Shown here piece after piece: positions 14,501 through 24,300 of a stretch of DNA of 59,885 nucleotides. The notes below the pieces were generated by a model that was given only the letters and a program-made list of their open reading frames with translations, was not told the DNA's origin and searched no databases. A program made the position numbers and the translations under genes. Location of the stretch: positions 1 to 59,885 of IMG/VR virus record IMGVR_UViG_3300008952_000052; one strand, given 5' to 3'. This DNA is from a virus. Taxonomy: Duplodnaviria > Caudoviricetes. How positions within the stretch are numbered: the first letter of the stretch is position 1; each line of letters opens with the position of its first letter.

Positions 14501-17500
14501 AGTTGTGGCTGATGTGGCACAATGAACAGTCATTTGTCGTGAGCGATATGGTCTAATGACAAGGCTCTTAGAACCTCTGTCAAATAGAACCTCATTCTCC
14601 CTATCTTGCTCTGAGTTAGCAATAACTCTCCCACCATAGGAAGGAGCATCGGGTGCATGCCAGCCCAAAGCAGGTAGTGCATTCCAGAGTTGTGCTTGTA
14701 TCGCATCAAATTCAATGTTCGCAGCAGGGGTTCCTGTTGCAGCAGAGAAAGTACTGTCTAAACCACCCTTTGATTCTCTGAGATAATCACTACTCCCGTT
14801 TGTTAAGGCTACAGTGTGGATCTTGTCTGGAACCCTTGCCATCGCACCTCTGTTCGGTTCGTAAAGCAAGGTAGTCGAAATGCAAATCTTAGAAGGCATC
14901 CGACCTTTGTCTGTTCCGTCATTATTGGCAGTAGGAACAGAATAATCAAGAGGGGAACCACTACCAGCCTCCAATTCACTCTTCGCCCACCTATGTCCTT
15001 TCAGCCCCTGAATATCTGTAAGAGCAATACACAAGGCACTGGAACCCAAAGTGAAACCATTCCCATCAAGAGAGTGTGTGTGTTGAGATCTGAATTCTGC
15101 TGTTAGAGTAGCACTGCTGGTTGTTTCCCAATTCGTGAATTCTGTATCCAGAGCTTCTACAACAACAGAAGTGGCATTAGCTGCATCCCACATTGTGTAT
15201 CCAGCCGTACCAACACCCACCACCTTAAATACACCATTATTCTCTCTGGCATTAGCCGTATTATCACCATAAAGGACGAGATAAACCTCTGAGGACTGCC
15301 CTGTAGTATCCCTACCATAATCAGTCAGCATATCCCAAAGGGTGCGCTCACCGTGTATCATTGGAGAGGTTACGAGAGAGGCATCTGAGGTAAAATCATT
15401 ATTGCTGTCTTTGTGGTAATACCCACCAACAGTATCAAAGTTAATACCAAGATCGATCTCTCCCTTATTTCCAAAGGCATAGGTAGTAAAAGGAACCAGA
15501 TTTGTATTCAAAGTGGAAACAGTAGTCTTTAGCGTAGCGTGGAGAACACCACCTAAGACGATAAAGGGATACTCAAAATTATAAGCCCTGCTTGGATACA
15601 TTGGGCCGGGTCGCTTTAATGCGGCATTAGGATCAAAGCTCTCTTCACCATATGGTTTAGGATTGTGAGAAGGCAATTCCAACGCTCTTAAAGTCACTGG
15701 GTATTGGTTCCCATTCAGAGGATCGATAACAGGATACCCTGTCTTCCAGAATTCTCTTGGGGAAACAAACCGAACCGCCTTCTCACTTCCATCTCTGAAA
15801 GTATTTCTGGCTCCGCTGGTTCCATCTTCCCCTCCAATGTGAAGAAAGATGATTGAACCGTTTGTGAAAGTTCCATTGGCTCCTTCGTTATTCAAAAACC
15901 CACTTGGCTTAAAATCAGGAGCAACATCCCAACCCACATTAGTATCAAATTGATCTTGGGTTGCACCATTCAATAGGGTGACATCATTATCAAGTAGAAT
16001 TGTTACATCTCTCTGAAGAACCGCACTGTCAGAAAATACGGTACGAATTCCATCTGTTCCATCCATCGCTTCAGTTTGAAGAGGAACGTCTGTGGTTCCA
16101 TCAGAAAAGAGATAGGAAACCTCAGTAACAATGGGGCCTTCCGTATCTCCAACAGCAGCCCTCTTATATGTTGAGTGTAATTCTCCCTTTAATAACAACC
16201 CTAAATTATGCTGAAGAATTCTATGATAATCCCATTCCCCCATCGTTACCGATCTACGGAGGTCTAAAAGATCCTCTTTTGCTATCTCATCAGCAAATTT
16301 TCCATTTGGGTTTGTATTGAAAAATTGAATGGGTGATGAGGCTAAATGAGCCGTAGCAGAAGTACCATACCTTCCTCTTTGAGAGAGGGTTAAAGTCAAA
16401 TTTGGTGAGGTTATATTGATTGCAGAAAGCCCTATAATTTCCGATCCAATTCTTATGTGAAGATTTTCTACGGTATGTCTACTATCGTCCAGACCAGAGC
16501 CTATCAATCCTTCTACTTCTACCACTCCCGTAGCTGAAGAAGTAAGATCCGCTTTCAAAGTTGCTGATGTAAGAAGTTTAGCTCCTTCTCTTGGGTTTGC
16601 TAAATAAGCAGAAGATGGGGTTCTGTTCAAAGCTCCGTTCTGATTAGCATTACCACTAATGTTCACAGCCACAAAGGGGTTTGAATTTCTTCTGAAAACA
16701 GCGCAGATTGGAATAGCATAAACATATCCATCAACCGTTCCAAGACCATTATCAGGATTCCCATCCCCTGCTCTCCAAAGAGAGGGATCACTCAGAGTAT
16801 CTTGCATGTTTGCAAAGGGCAGTGCTGCTACTGGTGTGCTTGCCGTTCCTTGTCCAAGTATATTAGGGTCACCTAATCCATCAGGATGCTCCTGAAGGGC
16901 TACACCAGCCCCTAAACCAGCCCCTGAACCATAAACTCTGATACGGTATTGGATTTGTACTCTTTCAGAAGTTTCAAATCCAATGTTGGGATCTTCCAAA
17001 TCATCAACGATATTCGTACCACCATATTCTGTATTACCATATTTCCAAATGGTAGTGGCTGAAGGCTTGTTCACTGTTGAAGGATTAGGAGCAACGAGGG
17101 TCTTCCACACTTCTAAGAAAACAAAATCTACTCGACTGTCTGTAGCTGGAGGGGGATTAAGTTTAATTCGATTTGAGTATGCACCATGCTCTGTTCCACA
17201 AACAGGAACAATCATCCCTGCTACATTAGCATACAGAAAGGGTTGATTAGACCCATCTTCCTGACCCAAATAGAAATGATTACTCCAACCTCCCTTAAAC
17301 ATGAAGTCTTGTGCGGATCTGGTTGGATCAATAATAAAACCTGAATTCATACAGGAGCGAATTTGCTGCTGCATTTGTTCAACGTCCACCTGAGACATGA
17401 GGTTTAATTCACTATCAAGTGGTGGCTTCCCTTTCTGCCACACTACAGTTGAAAACTGTCTATCAATTGCAGATAAGGTTCTGCTTACACCATTTCCAAA

Positions 17501-17512
17501 TTTCTCAGACAT
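11537..17512 (-). CDS. large virion structural protein (baseplate/tail-fibre-associated, 1991 aa); paralog of 30971-34438
   Basis: Long ORF in the structural operon with motifs VVWQKGKPPLDSELN, RVDFVFLEVW, RVQIQYRIRV, GTVDGYVYAIPICAVFRR, DLLDLRR. Confidence 0.8.
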   Translation of the reverse strand: MSEKFGNGVSRTLSAIDRQFSTVVWQKGKPPLDSELNLMSQVDVEQMQQQIRSCMNSGFIIDPTRSAQDFMFKGGWSNHFYLGQEDGSNQPFLYANVAGMIVPVCGTEHGAYSNRIKLNPPPATDSRVDFVFLEVWKTLVAPNPSTVNKPSATTIWKYGNTEYGGTNIVDDLEDPNIGFETSERVQIQYRIRVYGSGAGLGAGVALQEHPDGLGDPNILGQGTASTPVAALPFANMQDTLSDPSLWRAGDGNPDNGLGTVDGYVYAIPICAVFRRNSNPFVAVNISGNANQNGALNRTPSSAYLANPREGAKLLTSATLKADLTSSATGVVEVEGLIGSGLDDSRHTVENLHIRIGSEIIGLSAINITSPNLTLTLSQRGRYGTSATAHLASSPIQFFNTNPNGKFADEIAKEDLLDLRRSVTMGEWDYHRILQHNLGLLLKGELHSTYKRAAVGDTEGPIVTEVSYLFSDGTTDVPLQTEAMDGTDGIRTVFSDSAVLQRDVTILLDNDVTLLNGATQDQFDTNVGWDVAPDFKPSGFLNNEGANGTFTNGSIIFLHIGGEDGTSGARNTFRDGSEKAVRFVSPREFWKTGYPVIDPLNGNQYPVTLRALELPSHNPKPYGEESFDPNAALKRPGPMYPSRAYNFEYPFIVLGGVLHATLKTTVSTLNTNLVPFTTYAFGNKGEIDLGINFDTVGGYYHKDSNNDFTSDASLVTSPMIHGERTLWDMLTDYGRDTTGQSSEVYLVLYGDNTANARENNGVFKVVGVGTAGYTMWDAANATSVVVEALDTEFTNWETTSSATLTAEFRSQHTHSLDGNGFTLGSSALCIALTDIQGLKGHRWAKSELEAGSGSPLDYSVPTANNDGTDKGRMPSKICISTTLLYEPNRGAMARVPDKIHTVALTNGSSDYLRESKGGLDSTFSAATGTPAANIEFDAIQAQLWNALPALGWHAPDAPSYGGRVIANSEQDRENEVLFDRGSKSLVIRPYRSRQMTVHCATSATTNTMSLIGSYAYPNGTSKDGLTLFSGTATSGKQMAFALPPEVMPKFGRQDIPMNTGSGNFLAGINHLFVDSTTLNNPVFKIIGGEDNISGGNQVKPLFFRTDTPASYGVHGTSIGGVLNKPFYHARKSTDIATVTDNEKAVVAKFTNVRSSDLGAGLKGIQLPPYLGVARIYGVYDYDDYIAKGGVTFAADRTTMEADSATNLLRMDNHKQTLFIMQDGALDLTGENGDHTYIIPENVIDTTLSPNHKFNDSTSVKEKFEDFNYIVECVIFGFAKEWINGNNYVLMRNHDAQGNILTDFVNPSGGPTDFQLEDLNMVFPCAAALSNRFYTTYSRTVYQGDPYMSRNGSTRTITDCERRYGQIPVASAYQVKTPVQQFDSNGNGQIETPNARAFQVMASVDFYTSMGTGKFGGQLYPGTFMDVGYFQTDKSRIPSSSTANRLQTVTRAFSESQLTNTSRATALIQSVPTVEPSAIDWNDAWFPASLGYAAAIEGLTFEFTRLDGLKVWVRLLENLSGGIAIRTHEVKMVTKTITQTAEVDIEFGTLEPLDDPLAVNDSQSMKTIDNQGFGDFTISRSDMNIDAYAHTACSVSIEPNLFGSSSQYPPPVIYHAWVDSGDGSGSGAMGKLKVSATSSAPTEIGPLTLPPVSYTITMVSEVVDMEATFKKMAYVVNNSEHLNLTCTAHSDGTYVEFESIVTGEQGNDLQLEITHPTAGFSPTQLIRLISKRDNRKVGAPIVTKVNFTGGKDLPVNAGDGVCQMNLTGMTERLPLGLLMNDSDFLCENILNDKASALQTFPSNIRPLQTLLPLTENGEEVSRFLSIPSEMITMCDGGILGYTPYHNVDNPSGTKKFRIFRGGGSAMLLGGQNPGGPIDWVSGSFSSSLQPVLKGGILAAKALLVRNFAETAFTEPTQVSAGDELQMIIMTYGFFGSPSIRDVGINIGGKISPSGYGDGYAACDRYRICGKPMFAPNSQHHPDPMITPVPYIKE

Positions 17513-17525
17513 TATTTTTTCCCCA

Positions 17526-18359
17526 TTAGAACATCACACCATAGTGAGCAAGATATACTTTGGCTCCACTATCGTTTTTGAAAGCAATTTTGAGACTATC
17601 GACCTTGCAGCAAAAAGAGAGAGGTTCCAACCGCTTGGCACTATGCCAAGTGGTTCCACCATCTATAGAAAGATAGACAGAAAAATCAGTTGGCTCTTGG
17701 GCTATCTCTTTTATTTGACGGTGTGAAGGCTGGTTTTTTACACCGTGAACACCAAAATTAGTTGAAGAGAGAATATCGTGTGTGACCACAAACTCATAAA
17801 TTTTCCAGTAGACCATAAATTGATCCGCACCACCACCACTTGATACCGAACCAACATAGGGAGAGATATCAATTGCACTGGTAATCATCATCCCCGGCTT
17901 CACAGGAGACACTGTAGTATTAGCTGGAAGTATTGCAGTAGAGGTGGGGCTATTCCCATCATCTACACCAGAACCCACTCTTCCCGTTTGGTATCGTGGA
18001 TACCAAGTGTTTACCCCATCAGGAAAAGTAGCAGTGGGGTCAAAGCCTCCACTGGTTGAAACACTTAAATCTTGATCTGTTAAAATCGGGTTGAAGAAGA
18101 TGTACTCATACATAGGGTACTTCGCCAACAACTCAGCAAAGCCCCTACTACTTAAATCTCCACCATCAACAGGCAAAACATAGCTGTTAAGGTCTACAGA
18201 GAGGGAAACCCCATCTGGAGAGCAGAGAATATACCTACCATTTACAGGTGTTAGGGTTCCAAGATTCGGAGCCTTCATTTCCACCTGAGTTATCAGAGGC
18301 TTATTTGAAGGATTCTTCAAGGCTGATGCGTGGCTTGCTAAGTCTACATATGTTCTCAT
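17526..18359 (-). CDS. putative virion protein (277 aa)
   Basis: In-operon spacing; beta-rich, with C-terminal VYLSIDGGTTW. Confidence 0.75.
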   Translation of the reverse strand: MRTYVDLASHASALKNPSNKPLITQVEMKAPNLGTLTPVNGRYILCSPDGVSLSVDLNSYVLPVDGGDLSSRGFAELLAKYPMYEYIFFNPILTDQDLSVSTSGGFDPTATFPDGVNTWYPRYQTGRVGSGVDDGNSPTSTAILPANTTVSPVKPGMMITSAIDISPYVGSVSSGGGADQFMVYWKIYEFVVTHDILSSTNFGVHGVKNQPSHRQIKEIAQEPTDFSVYLSIDGGTTWHSAKRLEPLSFCCKVDSLKIAFKNDSGAKVYLAHYGVMF

Positions 18360-18372
18360 AATAAATCCTAAA

Positions 18373-21300
18373 TCAGTTGTTTCCCGTTACTTTTTTTTCT
18401 GCTGTTCCAAAAGAGGTTTCAACATCAAAAGAACATCGAACAGGGCCAACCCAAACTCCATTATTAGAAAGAGCTTGGGAAGCGTGACCAATTTCACCAT
18501 AGTTTGTTGAAATTTCTAAAAATACCCTCGCTCCAGTTGGAAGCATAGATCCGTCCTGTTCTGGACTACCAAATACATTAAGAATATTTTCTAACCAAGT
18601 ACCAACTTTGTTATTTGGCATCCCTGCATTGTTTAATCTTCTACCAAAATGAGCAAATCTTTCATCCCCTGAAGCCTGACTACTAACAAATTGTTCTGTG
18701 GCTATGAAATCACTAATTCCAGAATTCCATTGCCATTTAGGAGCCATTGAGCCAATTGTTCCAGCAACAGAAATTCTTTCCCCTTTAGCATTTTTAGGTG
18801 GGTCAAATTTCTCTCCCACTGGTGTTAAAGCTATTGTAAAGCTATGAGGGCAAGTCTTCGTGTTTCGTCTATGAATATTTGGAATTGAAGATATTGCAGC
18901 ATCGTTCTTATCCACATTAAAAATTGTTGGTGCGAAATTGGTCGGAGATCCTTCTGACCACTGTCTTGGGTGGGGTGCTGTTGCTCTATGAGCTACCACA
19001 ATTCCAGTCATAGTAGCAGCACTAAGACTGGCTGGCCCCTCACCCACAGGCCCTCTAATAAACCCTGACCCATCTGTGCCTCTTGAAAAGATATCCCCAT
19101 TATTCACAATTCCACTTGTGAAAAAATCTCTCACCCCTCCAGAGGTTCTGGAAATTCTTGGGTAAATACCAGCTAAAGCAAGACTGGATTCTTGAGTGAG
19201 GAATGGAGCCGTAAAATTCTTTGTCCAAGATTGACCAAGAAAACCATCACCATCTACACCATAATTATTTTGGGAGTAGGTAGCATTTGCCATTACCATA
19301 GAGGTGCTATAATCATAGTTGGAGGCAGCAAAGAAATTAGTTGCAGTATCAAAGTCAATACCACCCCAAACTACAGGATAATGTGGGTTTCCAATACAAG
19401 AGTGGTGGATATGAGAAGATTGATGAGTAACCTGTTCCTGATATAGAGAGTGGAGAACACCTCTGGCATAAGACTTAGCATTCAATAAGCCATAATCAGG
19501 AGGATCTATAAAGCCGAAACCGCTCTCAGGGTCGCCACTCGCCCAATCAGAAGGTATTTGGGTTCCTACCGTCTGACTTCTGGATGCGGAACCCGTATCA
19601 ACAAACTGCTCCATTACATTAGGCATAAGATCACCTGACTCTCTATTCACATAGAGAGGGATCACAATGGTTCCACCACCAACCCCAGCACCAGCAGCAC
19701 CTACATTAAAGAAGGAATTTAAGTAGTCAATATTATGTGTCGCAATGGCATTAGGACAACGACCCCCCAACCCAAATCCTTCTGACCCACTATGGAGGTA
19801 TGTACTATTTAAATTCGTCCTACTTGCGAATGTGACAGCAAATCCAGTACCATAAGCCCCACCACCTAAAAATTCCCAACCAACCATCCCTGATCCTTGG
19901 AACACAATTGACCTTTGTTGGGAGATAGCTGGATTTGTACTTCTGTTTGTATTCCACTCCAACATTACGCAATCACCGATATGCTGTGCGCTAACCTCTA
20001 AAAGCGCACCTGAAGGGGTCAAAGAAGAATTCCTTGCAGCCAGATTAATTGCAAGAGCAATATTCTTTGCAATAGCATATCTTTCATACACTATTGCCGA
20101 ACCCATACCCTGCCACTGCCCTATGAAGAATTCATAGTCATTAGCACCAGTTACGGGGTCAAATGGGCTGGTTTGAGCAGTGAAGGATCTACATATGAAG
20201 TTCCATGCGTTTCCATTACCATCGTTTATTGTGAAAGCTACTTTTTGCTCATAATCTCCAGCCGCAAATTTAGCGGAGTCTGGCCTCTGCCTAACTCTAA
20301 AATAACACCTATCTATAGTAGGAATTCTGGATTGAGTAGAGGGTAGCTCAACAACAAGATTGAAAGCAATATGGTTTGTCCTCATAACCGCATTTGGTTG
20401 ACAGACAGGTAGCTCTTTATTTTGAGTTCCCGATACGGCTGAAGGTAAAACCTGCTCTGTTAAACCAGCTACCTCACGACCAGTTTCATACCAATCACTA
20501 TATTTCTTCCGATCTCCCCAAACACCGAAGTTTACCCAAAGCTTATTTAATCGAACACCTTTAGCATCAGCACCGCCTAATTGAAGGGCTTGCGTATATG
20601 CCTCTGTTAAATCTACACGAAGAGTTGGTGGGGGGCTGGAAGCATTGAATTGAACGGAATCACCACTTGGTTGTGGTAGTTGCAGTTGCCACCACTCACC
20701 AGAAGGACACCAATTATATAAAGAGTAATAAAAGAACGGCAGTGCTTTTTGTTCTGTATCATTGGTCATAAAGGTATTCAAATAACCAAGATCATCTCCG
20801 AAAATGTTATCCGCATTCCAAAGCTCTCTTTCATTTCTGGATCTCTCTGGATAGCTGGTATCTGGAAGACCAGCAGCGGTTATTGATGTGTTCCCCCAAA
20901 CATTAGTTCTTTGTATATTTTGACGAGACATCAACACCCAAGGGTTGATTCCTGTTAGCATAGTCTCAATATGATTGACGGAGTTAGTGATGATGTTGTT
21001 GAGGGTGATATGAGATAAATCAAGAATTTGCCCACCAACCCCAACACCACCACTGGCTCCAAAACTTTGATGTTGAGTAGAGAACATAGAAGTAGAGGAA
21101 GCCGAATTGGGAGAGATTGTAATAATCTTCTCTTTATTTATGAGTTGAAGACTGTATTGAATCGTAGAATTCAAACTCATTGTGCTTGGAGGGTTTTGAG
21201 TAAGAGTGTCTTCCCAAACACCACCAACACCCAATGGGGAATACATTATGGAGTGAAATTTCTCTTCTTGGATATGTACAAGCTCTGTTTGGTAAACTTC

Positions 21301-24300
21301 ACAATCCCCCCCTACAACCATCTGATTTGTAGCAGGACACTTATTCAACCTAAAAATATCAACTTCTTTTTCAATGTGAGTACCAACTTTTTGAGCAGGG
21401 AAATTTGTCCACCCACTTCCCATTGGGAAATGCATGTAAGGAGAATTCTTTTTAATGTTTAGATAAGAACCAATATGCCTATCCGTTAAAGGCTCACTAA
21501 AGACCCAACGTAGACCATTTGCAGCACTGTTAACTTCTCTGGTGCTTGGTACTAAAGAACCACCACCTGACACCGTATAAGGATTTATCTTTATGTGGTT
21601 ATTCGCATCCCCAAAGAAAGCCGCAACCTCTGAGCTATGTCCTCTGTGTGAAATGAAGCCAATAGCATCGGGTCTTCCAATTGCCACTTCGGGAGTTGCG
21701 CTTTGATTATTATCATAAAACCTACCGTCTACTCTGGACAAGAAATTGATCTGTAAGAAGCCTGCTGGCCCACAAAGAGATTGGGCTTGTGCTGTGGTTA
21801 AAGCAGTGTAATTTACACTAACTTCTAAAGAGCAACCATGTTCGTAACCACCCCTTGTCTCAACATCCCAATAAAGGAAGGATACTCCTGTTGTTCCATC
21901 CCCAAAAATAAAATAACTTCCATTCAAATAAGGATCTGAATTGGCAAAGGCAGCAAGAGTAGTAGCATCAACAACCCCACCACTTTGAAGAGTGGCAGCA
22001 ACAACTGCCACTTGTTGAACAGGGGGTTGAGCGCCGGGGTCTTGTAATTTAATGGTAACGTGAAGGTTTGTATATGGTGGGGTTCCTGTTCCATCCCAAG
22101 CTTTAAAGAAGCCAAAACACTTCAGATTGCTTAACAGTCCACCGTTCCCATTAGTACGAGCATCCATAGCCATTCTAACAGAACCACCCCTTGCTTTAAG
22201 TGGGAGGCTACCATCTTGAGTTAAACCTTGCCCTCCTCTCATTCCCATTGAAGTTAGACCTTTTCGGGCTTCAGCAGTACCCTTCATTTGAACAATAGCT
22301 ACTGTACGATTGGAGTCTAACCAAGGAATATTATAGTCTTTAAGAATTCCAACAATCTGCCACCAACCCACATAGTTATAGTTGTTTGTACCGCAAATAT
22401 AGACATACCTATGAAGATCCTCAATTTTGAAGTCATACAACCCATCGTATAAAAAAGCATGTGCTTCAGCAATGGCAGTGTTTTCATCCGTAGGATCTAC
22501 ATAAGGAGGAATTAAGCCACCCAACACACTGGACTCCATCCCACTATGAGAAGGAACAACTGGAACAAATTCTACATTTGGAACAATACGATATTTGTGA
22601 CCAGCCAAAGGATTTCTTGGAATGTTATTGTCTGTACGATCTCCAAAGCCTGTATCAGCAAACGGAATTTTTTCATGTTTCATATGGTCTGAAATATCAA
22701 ACCCTATTTCTGGATCGACACCACCACTTAGGAACCAAACATTAATTGAATCTGTTGTACCATCAACAAAAGATTGGGTGGAAATCTTGCCAGCCTCTTC
22801 CATATAGCCTCCACCATCGTGTGTACCAGAACCGCTTGGATAGTTCATTGACCACCAAGCAAGGCCGGATGAGGCATTAAGGATCATACTTTCAGCGAAG
22901 GTGTCAGTTACCAGATTATCTGCTAAGGGTGAGGCATTATGACCCAATACAGATTCATAGGTTGGATCGGTTTGGTCATGGGTAGCAATAAACCAGCGAT
23001 TACCATCAAGCCCAACAGTCTCATTTCTAAACATTACTGTTACACGGTCTATGCTTGTAACAGTATCTACTTCCCAATGGCTAATGATGGCCTCTAACCT
23101 GCCTGCTGTCTCAGGAAACCCAGCAGAAACATAGTCAGCTTCAGGGATATCGTTTATCTGGGTGCAGATAAATTCAAGGGCTTGTTTTATCGGAACAGTA
23201 GCATGCGCTGTAGCTCCAAGTTGTGCAAGGGTTCTTTTCATGACATAAACAGTTCCCGTATGCTTCTCAACATAACCCCAAGTAATCTGTCCTTTGTTTG
23301 AGAAATGCAGATGAGCAGTAGGATCTACTCTAAATGTCCAAAACAGTTTAGCCCTGTCTCCACCCGTAATAATAGGTGATGGCTCATAGGGGCGAAGTGA
23401 GCCATGTGAGGTAAGCCTCTTGTCTTCTACTGTATTATATGCCCAATGGGTGTATTCGGAAAATGAGTGGATTGAAACAGTAGCACCCTCATCTTCAAAT
23501 AGGGCTGTAGTAGTAGAAGTGGCATCACCAAAGATACTACCCCCTACTCCGTGGAAGCCCATAGCATCCACGTTATATTCACCGCCACCACCAACCGTAC
23601 CGACCCCATAAGGTGAAGTTGTAGGCCAGTAATACTTTTGATGGTAAACCATCAAACGGGGATGTTCATTTTGAATTTGCTCATCGAAATCAAGATGGAA
23701 CCCCCAAGATTGCGTTTCTGCGAGAGGGTTTGAATTTACTTTTTCTATTAAATTAATAAGACTTTTAATCGTAGAAGTGCCAAGTGGAACCTCCCAAATA
23801 GTACCAGAACCACCAGCAGGAATAAAAGTCCATATTAGTTGATGCCAAGTACCACCAGCATATTTTGATAAAGTGAAAGTATCGCCAACTATAATTGCCT
23901 GAGCCGTCCTTATCTTTGGACAAATAGCCTCTACTTTAAAGGGGATATAAACACTTCCCGGAGTTGCCTGATCACCCCTTACGTTGTACCCCCTACCAGA
24001 ATCTCCGATTGTGAAAAACAAACCTGAAGTCACATCTTCAATAACCATCCCCGGCAAAACACGGACTTGTTGTGACATACTCGCTGTGTGCGCCAACCAA
24101 GAAAGTTGGTAGCCCCCAAGCGTAGCTGTTCTTCTATAAGAAGAAGCCCCGAAATAAGGGGAGCAACGACTATTTATATGACGGTAGCCAACAAAAAAGT
24201 TGCCCGGATTAGAAGGTTTCTTCTGGTGCGTATATGAGGCATTTACTGCTCCAAAGGTTCCGTCATATCCTCCATATGGGGGTACATGTCTGCCCAAAAT